From: Bugula neritina
Lineage: Eukaryota; Animalia; Bryozoa
Assembly (NCBI GenBank): GCA_964035545.1
Contig: OZ037765.1
Location: 24,737,504 to 24,801,503 of the forward strand
Length of the DNA: 64,000 nt
Direction: 5' to 3'
The position numbers were made by a program, and so were the translations under genes. Below the pieces are notes generated by a model. That model had not been told where the DNA came from. It saw only the letters and a program-made list of their open reading frames with translations, and made no database searches. The first letter of the stretch is position 1. Each line of letters opens with the position of its first letter. Positions 63,563 to 64,000 of this stretch are shown piece by piece.

Positions 63563-64000
63563 GTAAGACAGTTAGTATAGGTAGTATAAGTGGTTTACAC
63601 CTTTTTGTTATAATTTTCGTAATATTTTGAGAAAAAATCGTTTCACCTTAATTGATTAAATGAATATATTTTTTCTTCAAAAAATTATATTTGTTTAAAA
63701 TTGAACTGATGGTTAAGTAAAGTATAGAACTTTACTATTAGGGGTTTTCTACTAACATTGTTTTTTGCTGACGTGGGTATTCTTTGGTATAAAGACATTA
63801 TTTAGTCACTCTGAAAAGTAGTTTATTTTGTTGAGCAAACTTTTGAGCAATTGATAAACAGATGAGTTACTCATTAAATGTGCAATGTATTAAAATAAGA
63901 AGTTTTTTGTAACTTAGAATTTTGTTTTGTTGGTACCAAGTTCCAAATATGTCAGGTTATGATTTTAGATCACTGTATGAAATTCTTTTTGCTAATTATA

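Overview
AT-rich, gene-dense metazoan (invertebrate, lophotrochozoan-like by inference) genomic window with short GT-AG introns. The six-frame ORF track captures only exon fragments, so gene models were rebuilt by hand. Left to right: 5' part of a secreted WSC + PKD-like (polycystin-1-like) gene (-); selenoprotein N with in-frame UGA and a 3'-UTR SECIS (-); G3BP (-) head-to-head with dynein intermediate chain DYNC1I (+); a divergent ALK1/2-type TGF-beta type I receptor (+); RNF115/126 E3 ligase (+); a CUB-like single-pass protein with PY motifs (-); neugrin (-) with a young 5'-truncated LINE upstream of its CDS; NF-YC (-) divergent from CCZ1 (+). MITEs, tRNA-derived SINEs, hairpins and mini/microsatellites are interspersed. 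Two observations stand out. (1) The type I receptor has an intact kinase but a destroyed GS box/FKBP12 site and a natural Asp at the ACVR1 Q207 / TGFBR1 T204 position, the classic constitutively activating substitution. (2) Most promoters are flanked by 0.2-1.2 kb tracts of degenerate hexamer-periodic sequence (CATACT/GATAGT/TATTAG-like) in the first intron. All homology calls are from recognition of translated motifs, not database searches.
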